Positions 25,776 through 38,822 of a DNA stretch of 64,000 nucleotides are shown here, in pieces. The translations under genes and the position numbers were made by a program. Within the stretch, counting starts at the first letter, position 1, and every line of letters starts with the position of its first letter. The notes under the pieces are model-generated. The model was not told where the DNA came from, ran no database searches, and worked only from the letters and a program-made list of their open reading frames with translations. Source of the DNA: Octopus sinensis (taxonomy: Eukaryota); contig NC_043005.1 in the NCBI RefSeq assembly GCF_006345805.1, forward strand, positions 33,046,001-33,110,000, given 5' to 3'.

Positions 25776-25988
25776 CACTATGTGGACACCCTTATGCTAG
25801 AAATAGATCCGCTATGGTCTTACCACTAAGAAATGTTCTCAAGAAATAATTAGCAAAACAACCAAAACGTAATCGAACAAGACAAAAGAAAAAGCAATAA
25901 AAATATGGATCAACATTTTTCTTGAGGACATTTCTTAGTGGTAAGACCATAGCGGATCTATTTCTAACATAAGGGTGTCCACATAGTG
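25776..25988. repeat. Inverted repeat pair (~71-bp arms, ~70-bp spacer)
   Basis: cactatgtggacacccttatgctagaaatagatccgctatggtcttaccactaagaaatgttctcaagaaa recurs as a near-perfect reverse complement at 25918-25988. Confidence 0.9.
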
Positions 25989-25992
25989 TATA

Positions 25993-26034
<42 letters not shown>

Positions 26035-26068
26035 CAAATATATATATATATAAATAAATATGTATATT

Positions 26069-26107
<39 letters not shown>

Positions 26108-26649
26108 CAATATATATATATTATATTATATAATATATATTATATTATATATATATATATATATATATTCTAGTTATAATCTCCTGATAAATAAAATGTG
26201 GTATTCTAACATACTTTTTACAAGCTGCTCGATATTGCAACACTGTTTCTAAAAGTGCAATTATTAAATTGTGTTCCCAGTTATACATTTAAGGAACGTT
26301 GCTGTTTATATTTGTGGATATTAGATTAAATATCGAATATCCATTATATTTTGGTGTACGTTATTGAAACAGCATTAAATTAAAATAGTCATCTGTGTAC
26401 CATACTTAATGTATATACATCGTTGACAAAGCAAGTTTCTGCAGCTTTCGACTGATTTTTAGTTGCCGGGTACTTTTCGCAATATTAGTGAATGTACTTC
26501 ACTGTTCCCTTTATATTAGGGGCGACAAATTTTGTTCAGTCACATGACTGCAAGTACACATCGCTGAAAAAAATGATTTTTCGTCTTCCTCCGATATATA
26601 TATATATAGATATATATATATATATATATATTATATAATATACATATAC

Positions 26650-26685
<36 letters not shown>

Positions 26686-26843
26686 TATGAGAGGTAATGG
26701 TGTTTGTGAGACCCAAAGGTGTGAGGCAATGTTGAATAAGTGCTATGGATAGACCGTAGTTGAGTTCCAGATTCGGTGATTATGCGAATAAGGGGTCCAA
26801 CATAGGTCATATATCATAGTGTGTATATAAATCTTTTTTTTTT

Positions 26844-27220
26844 CGTAATGAGATAAAAAAAAAGGCTGTGTAAATTTTAGAACATTTAAAAATAGAAGGT
26901 ATTACAGCTGTTTCTAGGATATTTATTATATCCCTTCATCGGAAACGGTGTGAGAAGATGGTTAAGCAATAGTTAAATTAGATAAGATACGAAGTAGAGG
27001 TGGAGGAATGAAAATAGATATGAGATATGCAGGGATATTGTATTTGTAGATCCATTATTTAGGCAGAATGGTATACATATAAGATTCCAATACCCCATGA
27101 GTAAATTCAAATACCTATCCGATGAAGGGATATAATAAATATCCTAGAAACAGCTGTAAGACTTCTATGTATAAATGTTCTAAAATCTCCACAGCCTTGG
27201 TTTTTTTTTATCTCATTACG
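26844..27220. mobile_element. Fold-back element with ~100-bp inverted arms, each carrying a minimal hammerhead-like motif (Penelope-like pLTR remnant)
   Basis: Arms span 26844-26943 and 27118-27220. Motif: ccgatga-agggatat-aataa-atatccta-gaaac-agct-gta. Confidence 0.65.
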
Positions 27221-27273
<53 letters not shown>

Positions 27274-27519
27274 GCCTTTTCTCGAACGCAGGATCTTGAC
27301 TGTTCGGAACAATGTTGAGGTTATATACTAGCCTTAACTACTATTTTTCTTGATGGGCACGAACAAAGTGTCAGCTCTCTTTGATATTTGAAATATATAT
27401 GTCAGTGTACTTCACATGGAACATGCCCAACGTCGGATGGCCTGAAGGCCTTTTCCTCACATGAGTGACTCAGTGTGAACTAAGATAGATGGAATCCTTG
27501 TTCAACCTCACCAACACTT

Positions 27520-27940
27520 TATAAATGGAGCAAGTAGTACTCCAATCAACTGGGGCAAATAATATACTTGAAGAGAATGGCTTGTTGAATAACACCCAGC
27601 ACGGTTTCGACCAAGTAGAAGCTGCCTGCCACAACTCTTCCAACACGACTGGGAGTTAAAACAGCTATTCAACAACTGAATTGTGGATGTGATATATCTC
27701 GACTTTGCTAAAGACTTTAATAAAATTGACACGATATATGTCACAAGCTGCGTAATCTTAGCATAGTCGGAAAACATTGAGGGAAACTTCACGACTTTCA
27801 AAAAGAGTGAAATCAGATAGTATTAATCAACATGGCTACCTCTAAGAAACGCTGATAACGAATGTTGTCCTACAGAGCAGTGTCTTAAGGTTACTGCTAT
27901 TCTATCGACCCTCTCAGATTTGCCCTCAACTGCTTGATAT
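27520..27940 (+). mobile_element. Degenerate fragment of the CR1-group LINE family, with the endonuclease end fused to RT
   Basis: MEQVVLQSTGANN joins directly to ILEENGLLNNTQHGFRPSRSCL and VDVIYLDFAK. Homologous to the 8.3-11.8 kb element. Confidence 0.8.
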
Positions 27941-28202
27941 GTCCTCAACTGCAGAACCAGAAATCCGGGACCTGGAATGATCCAGTAATTTTTTGCTAGT
28001 TTATTTTGTCTTTTTTGCCTTCTCTCCTGGTGCTGTATGAACATTTAATGTGGTTTTAGAGTCAAGATTTGACTGCTATTTCCAGCATGGTGGTATCTCT
28101 TAGATACCCTAAATTATAATTTTAATAATTATTACCTTTGAAGGTTTTTATTCCCATGCTGGCCACTTGATAGGATCGATATTTAAATAACGATCTTATC
28201 CT

Positions 28203-28292
<90 letters not shown>

Positions 28293-28340
28293 TATATCTA
28301 TATATATATATATACAGGTTTGTGTGTGTGTGTGTGTGTA

Positions 28341-28380
<40 letters not shown>

Positions 28381-28383
<3 letters not shown>

Positions 28384-28734
28384 TTGTCCCCCAACGCTTC
28401 TTGACAACTAATGTTGGTAGGTTAGCGGTTCGGCAAAAGAGACCAATAGAATAGCTTTTAGGCTTTAAAAAGCAAGGGGATACGGAGGTCGATTCATTCA
28501 GCTAAAAATCCTTCAAGTTGGTGCACCAGCATGGCCGCAGTCTAATGACTGAAACAATTAAAATATAAAAGATGGTGGCTGTTTGGTAAGAAGCTTGCTT
28601 CCCAACTACATGGTTCAGGGTTCAGTCCCACTGCATGACACCTTGGGCAAGTGTCTTCTACTGTAACCTCGGGCCAACCAAAGTCTTTTGAGTGGATTTA
28701 GTAGACAGAAACTTAAAGAAACCCGTCGAATATA

Positions 28735-28766
<32 letters not shown>

Positions 28767-28995
28767 TATATTATATATATATGTATATGTATATGTTTGT
28801 GTGTTTGTCCCCACCCCACGATCGCTTGACAGCCGTTTACATCCACGTAACTTAGCAGTTCCTTAAAAGAACCCGATATAATAAGTTCTAGGCTTACAAA
28901 GAATAAGTCCTGAGGTCGATTTGTTCGAGTAAGGGCGGTATTCCAGCATGGCCGCAGTGAAAATGCCTGAAACAAATAAAAGAGAAAAGAATAAG
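28381..28995 (+). mobile_element. SINE family B: a 3' half (28381-28572) directly followed by a full copy (28574-28995)
   Basis: Tail ccagcatggccgcag...ctgaaacaa occurs twice. Head tggctgtttggtaagaagcttgcttcccaactacatgg starts at 28574. Confidence 0.85.
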
Positions 28996-29101
28996 AGAAT
29001 GCATACATATACATATATACATATATATATACACACACACACACACACGTATATAGGGAGAATTCACAAAAAATATATACATACATACATGTATGCATGT
29101 A

Positions 29102-29218
<117 letters not shown>

Positions 29219-29484
29219 GCATGTATGTAATATAAAAATTTATAAGAAGTGTGACCGTGACATCGAGGTCTTGGCCTGATAAAGGCTAGCAGCCTTAACT
29301 TCGAAGTCGCTATCAGCCTTTTCCGTGCGAAAGCTTAATAAACATTTACTGTACTAAGAAGTATTGAGTAATCCTTCAGTTCAATGTTAAATTGTTTTAA
29401 AATATAACTTCACATAAAAACAGATATTAATATACATATACATCAAATCCGTATAATATTCATTTATATATATATATGTATATG

Positions 29485-29538
<54 letters not shown>

Positions 29539-29757
29539 ATGCGTGCGTGTATATATGTGTGTGTGTATGTATGTATGTATTTATGTATGTATGTATGTAC
29601 GTATGTATGTATGTATAGTTATCATTTATAAATAAACTGTACTTCATGCATGAAGTACTGATTTTGTTCGTTTTTATGTCCAAAACGTGTGTCGTGTATG
29701 TACATGTGTATTTACACACACACATACAAACACACAAACACGCGTGCATACACACGC

Positions 29758-29819
<62 letters not shown>

Positions 29820-30231
29820 ACATACACGCATGTAAAATAAAACATCACTGCGGGGAGCGTGTAAAATGATCTATCGAATTTCCAGAAATCCCAACCTTTT
29901 CCTCGGGATAAAAAAAATATAAACAAGAATATGAATAGACCTAATGATTCCAAGACAACCACTCCTAGAAGTTGGGTAGCTAAGGGGATAGGCTTGCTTC
30001 CTTTTAGGTAATGGCCCACAAAATATAGGTGTTTTATATGTTAGATTCTCCGGGATTGAAATATGTTCTACAGAGAAAAAGAATTATGGAGTTACTTGCT
30101 AAATGGATGTCGAAAATGATTGGATGAGGAAGTTGAATGGTTTCGAAGAGAGTAAATGGAATTAACATTCGTAATTACACGAGAATTAGGAAGTGATGCT
30201 AACATTATTATTTTTAGTAGTGGTGCTATTA

Positions 30232-30520
30232 AGGCGGCGAGCTGGCAGAATCATTTGCACGCCGGGCAAAATGATTAGCGGCCTTTCATCCGTCTTCATG
30301 TTCTCAATTCAAGTTCAGCGAGGTCGACTTTGCCTTTCATCCTTTCGAGGTCGATAAAATAAGTACCACCTGAGCACTAGGAGTCGATGTAATCGACTTA
30401 TCCCTCCCCTTTGTGCCAAAATTTGAAACCATTATCATTATTGAGCTGGCAGAATTATTAGCACACCGGGCAATGTGCTTAGCGGCATTTCGTTCGTCTT
30501 TATGTTCTGAATTCCGCCGA
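30232..30520 (+). mobile_element. SINE family A: one full copy plus an adjacent 5' fragment
   Basis: ggcggcgagctggcagaatc...gaggtcgactttgcctttcatcc; a second gagctggcagaatt starts near 30444. Confidence 0.8.
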
Positions 30521-30959
30521 AGTCGACTTTGCTTGATCACTGATCAATCGTGAAACAAAAAAAATATGATTCAAGATTTTCCAGTTGGGACAATGCCGTC
30601 TTTTTGTATACTAGAAACAGCATGTCTCCATATAACCTTTATTAATTTTGGTTGGGTGTGATTTGAGAGAGATCTGGCTGCTATCTTGAGAATGTTGCAT
30701 GACGATGTGCTAGATAAGAAAAAGAAAGCAAACTTGCCTGCCTGTAAGCAATACATACACAAACATTCATACACACACACACACTTTTCTTTCTTTACTT
30801 CTTTTTTAAGCGCAGTTTCATGTTGAACTAAGGAAGATGACTATTACTTCAGCAAAGTGGCCGTCATTTATATAAATGTATTTAAAAAAAGTAGTAATAA
30901 AGAGAAGTGTTTTACGGTTACACATATACATATCATTGCGTATGATCCTTGCGCGTAGC

Positions 30960-32288
30960 TTGGCCTAGGGATCACCACCAAACACTCTAATTGCAGAGAC
31001 CCTGAAGAGTTTTGGTTTGCACCGAACTATAGCTCAAATCAAAAGGAAAAGGAACGAATTCCTTCGTTCGTATGCCACATATAGAATTATTAGACAATGT
31101 ATTCAAAGAGGAGACTAAAACACAAAAGGGCGAAAAAGAAACCAGTGACTCAATGGAATTCGAGAAGGGTCGGGGAGACGCTGTGAGAGGGGAACACAAC
31201 AAAACGGATATCATCACTTTGGACAACTGTGAGCCCAAGGAGAACAAGAGCAGCAAAGCAGAGGCCGGCCAGGAAAAACAGAAGCAAAATATGATGAATA
31301 AAGCACAAGCATGCTGAGGATGGCCATAGGTTCTAAGTGAATGCTAAAACAAAAAGAAGAAAACAAAGGCTCTGGAATAGAGAAAGCCCAAACAGTCTGT
31401 AAGTTCTGTACAAAAGGTATCTGCTGGTATGGAAACGTCGGGACAGGCTGTAGATTTCTTCATCAAAACTCCCGATCGGTACTCGTTTCGCTCGCTCCAA
31501 GACAACGAACAACTCCACCAGGATCAACGAGGGTACAAGTTAGGTCACAAACCACGATGCCTCCATCTTGGAAATATGTGGATGGTACATGCACTGTTCC
31601 TAAGAGGAAACAATATATTGACACAGTACGGACAGCAGCTAATGAATGACAGTCTGTTTTGGAAATGGCACATACGATTGTAGGGCAGCTGATCTGGCTT
31701 CATCAGACATTAAGTTAGAGAAACAGATTCCAGCACTCAAGACCACTGCAAGCAACAAAAGATCCAGAGTGGCCAACTCTAACGCCTCTACAAATGTCAG
31801 GCCAGAGGCCACTACCGACATCCTACATATCGCACTAATATTTTTGCTGAATGCCAGGGCCCTGTAACGACCTACTGATGCAAAACCCCATACTTGAAAG
31901 ACTTAGTTACGTGTGATCAAGCAATATGCATGGTACTAACAGAAACAAATCTGAACGCTGACATAGCAGATGCTGAAATATATATACCAAAGTATGCTGT
32001 ATTTCGAACAGACGGAAGAGAAAGAACTCATGGTGGCAATGTACATCCGGGAAGACGCCACGCCTGTCGTCCTGCTATCACAATCAAACTCAGTTTGTGA
32101 CGTTCTGATAGTACATATTAAACAGACGAAAACGGTAATATGTACTACATATTACCCACCAGATGCTCGAAGAGAGACTCAAAAGATGGAACACATATTA
32201 AACAACCTAAATGACAGGCTTATCATATTTCTAGGGGACTTGAAATTCCCTAATGTTGAATGGCCTGAGGGCCGCCTCTCTCAGGCAT
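30960..32288 (+). mobile_element. 5' portion (ORF1 + endonuclease) of an older CR1-group LINE related to the 8.3-11.8 kb element
   Basis: CKFCTKGICWYGNVGTGCRFLH, MAHTIVGQLIWLHQT, LTETNLNADIADAEIYIPKYAVFRTD, YYPPD and LGDLKFPNVEWPEG. Many stops and frameshifts. Confidence 0.85.
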
Positions 32289-32289
32289 G

Positions 32290-32740
32290 AACAGACTGGA
32301 TGTAGTGGTTTGTAGTCGTATATGGTAGGAGTGGACATACGTGTGATGGAAGGAGGTGAGGGGTGTCCGAAAAGTAGAAGTTGCTGTAGTTACGGTAGAA
32401 AAGGTAAAGCGAGAAGTCAGCAAGTGTCTGATTTAGAGGCTGGAGCTGGTTGGCGAGTGGTTCCATAGTAATCAGTCAGGAAGTATTGTTTGCGATGTAG
32501 TCAAGGGTTTGTGTACGTAAAGCTGATAGCTGCTTTAAGATATAGGGGTGGGTGTGGAAACGGTGTTGCATAGTATGGTAGGGAGTAGGTAAGACAGTTG
32601 TTAAAGGATCGATTATGTGCAGGGAATATGTGGTTTGGTAGGCGGTCAGTTTGGAGGCGGGAAAGAGATCAAGAATGCTTAGAGTTTCTGTGTATCGATC
32701 AGAAATAGATATTGGGATGAAACTAATTATTAATCAGAAG
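32290..32740 (-). mobile_element. Degenerate LINE ORF2 C-terminal fragment of another family
   Basis: LADFSLYLFYRNYSNF resembles the C-terminus of CR1/L2-group RTs. A compositionally similar tract lies at 1600-2060. Confidence 0.35.
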
Positions 32741-32804
32741 ATTCAGTTTCTATTCAAGCAGAGGACTGACAATAATATAATATATTCACTTTTAATTACA
32801 TGAA

Positions 32805-33283
32805 GGCGCATGGCTCAGTGGTTAGAGCGTCGAGCTTACGATCGCGAGGTTGTGAGCTCGAATCCCGGACCGGGCTGCGTGTTGTGTTCTTGAGCAAGGC
32901 ACTTTATTTCACGTTGCTCCAGTTCACTCAGCTGTAGAAACGAGTGAAGGCTCAGTGGTTAGAGCGTCGAGCTTACGATCGCGAGGTCGTGAGCTCGAAT
33001 CCCGGACCGGGCTGCGTGTTGTGTTCTTGAGCAAGGCACTTTATTTTTTTTCAATTTGCTCCAGTTCACTCAGCTGTAGAAATGAGTTGCGACGTCACAG
33101 GTGCCAAGCTGTATCGGCCCTTGCCTTTCCCTTGGACAACATCGGTGACGTGGAGAGGGGAGGCCGGTATGCATGGGCGACTGCTGGTCTTCCATAAACC
33201 ACCTTGCCCAGGTTTGTGTCTTGGAGGGTAACTTTCTAGGTGCAATCCCATGGTCATTCATGACCGAAGGGGGTCTTTACCCC
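32805..33283 (+). mobile_element. tRNA-derived CORE-type SINE family C with a tandemly duplicated 5' region and a 14-bp TSD
   Basis: A box tggctcagtggttag, B box gctcgaatccc, CORE-like gtgttcttgagcaaggcacttta...cagctgtagaaatgag. The head repeats at 32946. TSD tttaattacatgaa at 32791-32804 and 33284-33297. Confidence 0.9.
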
Positions 33284-33640
33284 TTTAATTACATGAAACC
33301 GTTTTCTATCAGACCTTGTTTTGCCAAGTCTCAAGAGAAATGTCACGGTCATACTTTGAGGATTTGGGTTGCATAAATTTTCTGTTCTTGATATTCAGCA
33401 GTAAACAGTAGACTTAACTAAGACATAGATGCAGCATAACTGTTGCCTTTAGTATTCTGTTTCTTCTGAAATATATCCTCACACATTACACAGAAATTTT
33501 CGTAATCATAAGAAAAAACTCAAATTCGAGGAGGAGCCAGTTTGTGAAGGAGAAGAGAGACTAAAATGTTTGATAATCGCTGATATAATGTGTTTATGTT
33601 ATTTAGGAAAGTTATGAACAGATACAACCAGATGTTAGTG

Positions 33641-33702
<62 letters not shown>

Positions 33703-34459
33703 ACATAAATGTGTGTTTAGACACATATATGTATTCATGTATGTGTGCGTATATGTATGTATATATATATATATGTGTGTGTGTGTGTATGTACGCATGT
33801 ATGTAACATAACTATGCAAATTGCAAATTATGCACCTGGTACTGGCAATATAACATGGTTGAATTACAATGATTGCCATAAACTATCTTTCCCTAAACCA
33901 AAAAGTGTCGGCCTCTTTTACGAATGTCATTTGTCGGACATGAAACCAAGCGATAGTCATGATGTCTACCAGCTGGAAGAACAAGAATGGAAGAAAGTGC
34001 CACCGAACATACGAGATTTCTTCGTTATTCTTACTTCTCACTTTAACCTCAAATTGCAGCATTAACTGCATTACCTGGAGTTCATTGAAGAGTCCAATCT
34101 CTGACAGCGGTGGTAGGTATTAAATATTTCGTAAACATAATTTCCGACTGAGGGATATAACTTTTCTAAGGAATATTAATTGCCACCATTAACCATTGAC
34201 AGTTTCCACGGCTTCCAGAGTTCAAATCGTCCCTAGGACATCCCATCAGAGTTGAGTGCTCTTGCGCCTAAGTTAGACCGTGTTGGCGCTTCCGATAAAA
34301 TGTTTTGCTGTATTTGTTTCAGTTATCTGAACTCATATTCTGTCGAAGTTTAGTTACCTTTCATTACCAGATCGATAAAATAAAGTACCAGTAAAGTACA
34401 GTGGCTGATATAATCGAGTGTTCCCCTCCATTAATTTCAGATCTTACTCTTATAAGAGA

Positions 34460-34684
34460 ATAGTTAACATGCGGAACAAAATACCTGGCAGTATTTCATT
34501 CGGCTTATCGCTCTGAGTTCAAATTTCGCCGAGACCGACTTTGTCTTTCATCCTTTCGGGTTCGATTAAATAAGTACCAGTCGAGTACTGGGGTCGATAT
34601 AATCGACTCAACCTTTCCTCCGAACATGCTGGCCTTGTGCCAAAATTTGAAACCATTATTATTTTATTATTATTACTATTATTA

Positions 34685-34770
<86 letters not shown>

Positions 34771-34985
34771 TAGAAAGGATTATAATTGAAGGTGGTGAGC
34801 TGGCAGAATCGTTAGTACGTCGGGCAAAATGCTTAGCGGCGTTTCGTCCGTCGCTACGTTCTGAGTTCAAATACCGCCGAGGTCGACTTTGCATTTCATA
34901 CTTCTGAAGTACCAGTTGCGTACTTAATCGACTAGTCCCTTCCCCCAAAATTTCGGGTCTTGTGCCTTTAGTAGAAAGAATTATT
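34460..34985 (+). mobile_element. Two SINE family A copies separated by (ATT)n(AGT)n
   Basis: gagttcaaatttcgccgagaccgactttg near 34515; ggtggtgagctggcagaatcgttagtacg from 34791. Confidence 0.8.
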
Positions 34986-35757
34986 GTTATTATTAAAAAG
35001 AACAACAACAAAAACAACGAGAAGCAGGAGTGGAGCCAATCCTAGAAAATAAGTACATTTGTTCTGCTAATTAAGTCATTAAATAGTAATATCTTCAAAA
35101 GAGGCTTTACTCAGTCTTCAACCCAAGAAAGTGGATTGCAACAGTTTAAAGAAACATTATACAAACATTTAATAATGATTTGTGTTTCGATGTTGTTCTG
35201 TCTTTGATGTTCTTGCTGATGCTACGACAATTGGTTTATTGCTTTTGCCAAAAACATGTAATGCCAATAACAGATATCCCAACACGACATCATCTTTGCT
35301 CCCCACCACTTCGCAAGACTAAGAAACACTCCTTCATTTCCCTCTCGGTCTTTCTTTCTCTCTCTCTCTCTCTCTCTGTAGCTTTCTCTGTTTCTCTCTC
35401 GCTCTCTCTTTCGATATATATAATATATATATGAATGTCTCACCTCTTTCTATGTATGCGCAAATATCAATCTTATACACCTCATCTCTCTCTCTCTCTC
35501 CGTCTCACTATGCATAACATTTTTCTAAATACATATCTAACTTCACAGACATTCTATCGCCTGCCGCCCTTACCCCGTCTTCCATCTCATATGAAGTCAT
35601 GTGACGGAAAATAGTTGCGACTCATGAGACAATCCAAAAATGCTTTGAATACCGGAGTGTTTGCATTGATGCTCACGTATAACTCACACGCTCATATATG
35701 CATACACAAACATACATATTTACACACAGTCACATATAGATATACTCTTGTATGTGT

Positions 35758-35810
<53 letters not shown>

Positions 35811-35905
35811 TGCTATATTATCAAGTACTCACCCCGAATTTCTATATATATATATACATATATATACACACACACATACATATATATATACATATACATA
35901 TATAC

Positions 35906-35936
<31 letters not shown>

Positions 35937-36103
35937 AAAACATTATTAAAACATAATTTTAATTCATTATCCGCACCAACGCACGGTGCAACGCCAGATG
36001 GTTGTACCTCCAACCGTGCTGTTTACTGCTGTGATTTTTGCTACTAAGGTATCGGTTAAACTTTTGATTAATCTACTACAGATTATTCATCTTTCTATTT
36101 CAC

Positions 36104-36140
<37 letters not shown>

Positions 36141-36719
36141 ATATATATATAGATATATATATATATATATTATATATTATAATATATATATATATATACA
36201 CATACACATATATATACATATATACATATATAATTATAGTTACTCTACAAATGTATTGGGTTTTCTCTTTTACATGGTAGTTATACATAATTTACCACAC
36301 ACACATACCAATACACACACACACACACATGTATGAATGTATATATAGGCATATACATATACATAGGGTGTGAATGTGTGTGTGTGTGTGTGTTATATAT
36401 TTTGTATATATTATTGCCCGCATGCTTACTATACGTACAAAAATAGAGAGATAAATCAAGTGTTTGTTTACGGCATATTTAGCAGCTGTGTATAACATAA
36501 CGAGCAATCCAACAAGCAGGGCCAAAACATCCACGTCAACAGCAATGGTAAGTGGTTAAGCTGCTGGTATGGACCCCATCTCTTACCTAATGTTTCGGCT
36601 ACATTTGAAAATATCGGCAATCAGAATGATCGTTTCACAAACGATATATATATATATCAAAGTAAAAGAGTAATATATATTGAGCCCTTGTACAGTAGTA
36701 CAACTTATAGTAGGCTCAC

Positions 36720-37700
36720 CTAGGCATCGTCCGTAAGAAAAACAGCACCTGACGCTATTCTTTCTGCCAGAAATTTGGAAACGACGTACTGTACTGCGCT
36801 TGACATTCGCGCCTGAAGCTCTAATGAGAACATTTCAGAGTGTTTGGAAGTCAATCTGAGGATAGTGTAGAGGATTCAGAAACAGTTAGATGAGTCTAAT
36901 GGTGATTATGAAGGTACAGCAGCTCGGAAAACTGACTCTGATCGTTCTGATAAGGAAAGAACTCCTGAATTTGTTGGTGAGATCCCGGCCATAATTGACA
37001 ACGATCCCCGCCAAGGCAATCAGGTCCCATTGCCAGGGACATGGGAGTGTCTGAGTTTCTCATCAGGCAAGTAGTGTTTGAAGACATTAGGTATTCCTCA
37101 TACAAGATGAGAAAGGACCATCAACTACAATAGGAAAGTTCGCACTACGAAGCTTTTGGACAAAATCAAGTACCCCCTACAACCGAACATGCTTTGATTT
37201 TTCTCAGACGAGAAAAATTTCTGCCAGGATCAGATGGTGAACACACAGAACAACTGTTGATGGTAAATATTAAACATCCAGTCAACATCATGGTGTTTGG
37301 AGTGATCATTAGTGGTGGCGACGTTATGCTTCCATTCATTTTCCCACACAACTTCGCACTCAACACAGAGGCCTATATCAAGTTCTTGGAGGAGGTTGTG
37401 TTGCCCTAGGTCAAGAGGGTGGCAGCGGGAAGACCCTATGTCTGGCAACATGATTCTGCACCGTGCTACTCAATCAGGAGAACCTCGTCATAGCTGTCAG
37501 AAAAATTCTGCGACCACATCACTCGTAACATCTGGATACCTAACTCCCCAGACTGCAACCCCCTTGATTATTATGTGTGGGGTGCAGTTGAGCAAGCGAC
37601 CAACAAAACTCCTTATAATACCAAAGATGAACTGAAGGCAAGGATTATGGCACCATTCCCCGTCTTAAACAAGGAGACCGTCCAAAAGAGTTGCAGGAGA
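36720..37700 (+). mobile_element. DD37D (maT/Bmmar1-type) transposase pseudogene
   Basis: FFSDEKNF, KHPVNIMVFGVI, YVWQHDSAPC and PNSPDCNPLDYYVWG. There are 37 residues between the second and third D. Multiple stops; TIRs not located. Confidence 0.85.
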
Positions 37701-37848
37701 TATATGTATGCAGGATATTTATTTATGTTTGTATGTATGTGTGTATCTGTCTGCGTGCGTGTGTGTGTGCGCGCGTGTGTATACACACACACACACCCAT
37801 ATATATAGAGAGAGATGTATATATAGATATATGTTTATATATATGTAC

Positions 37849-37894
<46 letters not shown>

Positions 37895-38137
37895 TATACA
37901 CACGTGCGTGAGTGTTTTTATGTATGTATGTATGTATGGATGGATGGATGGATGGATGGATGGATGGATGGATGGATGGAGAGCTTTTGTGAGTTTCGTG
38001 AGAGCATAGAACATATCTATCTCACCTCCAAACAACTGACTGAACATGTTCTATGCGCCCACGAATCCTTAAGTCACGTGGAGGTAAGTTAAACTGATAT
38101 AAAAAAATACCTCCTACCATTTGGCCACTTACTAGTA

Positions 38138-38655
38138 CCGTAAATCCTCGTGTATAATACGCATTTTTCCCCAAAAATTTAAAGGTCAAAATCCCTAGTG
38201 CTTACTATATGCGAGGTTAAAAATGAAAAATATTTTCTAAGCAATGTCCGAGTCTTATTTGCTGTCCGGCAATGTTTATTCAGACGCATTTTGTGATGTC
38301 GGGCGCGAAAATACCTTAAGCTAAGCCTGAAAGCAATGAAGTCATAAAAGAATCATCCATAACTTGCAGTAAGCAACATTTATTAAAATAAAGGTATTTA
38401 GAACACAGAATATCATGTAACAAAAACAATTTGCAAACATATTTACATTCCCATATAACAGTTAAGAACATCACCATTATTGTATTACGCATGCGCGGAA
38501 GTGTTTTTTCGACTAGGTGCCGCTGACTTAATTACGTACGACTAAAGTTAGAGAAGGGGTGCGTATTATACACAAGGTTTAGGTGTTTCAGAAGTACAGT
38601 CCCCTAAAAATCCCCTGCGTATTATACTCAAGGGTGGACTATACTCGAGGATTTA

Positions 38656-38658
<3 letters not shown>
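38138..38658 (+). mobile_element. Tc2/pogo-type MITE (~520 bp), copy 1
   Basis: TIR ccgtaaatcctcg / cgaggatttacg(a), TA flanks and subterminal gcgtattatac repeats. Closely similar to 59157-59676. Confidence 0.9.
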
Positions 38659-38700
<42 letters not shown>

Positions 38701-38715
38701 TATATAGATAGATAG

Positions 38716-38821
<106 letters not shown>

Positions 38822-38822
38822 G

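Noticed and set aside
32805-32875. Functional tRNA gene (ACG-like loop)
   Set aside because: No acceptor-stem pairing. It continues into a CORE-like block and tail and is bounded by a TSD, so it is a SINE head.
33745-34065. 106-aa ORF as a host gene
   Set aside because: It starts in a microsatellite, has no recognisable domain and has no supporting neighbouring exons.
36560-36640. Minus-strand gccgaaacattaggta as another hammerhead
   Set aside because: No acceptable CUGANGA box upstream.
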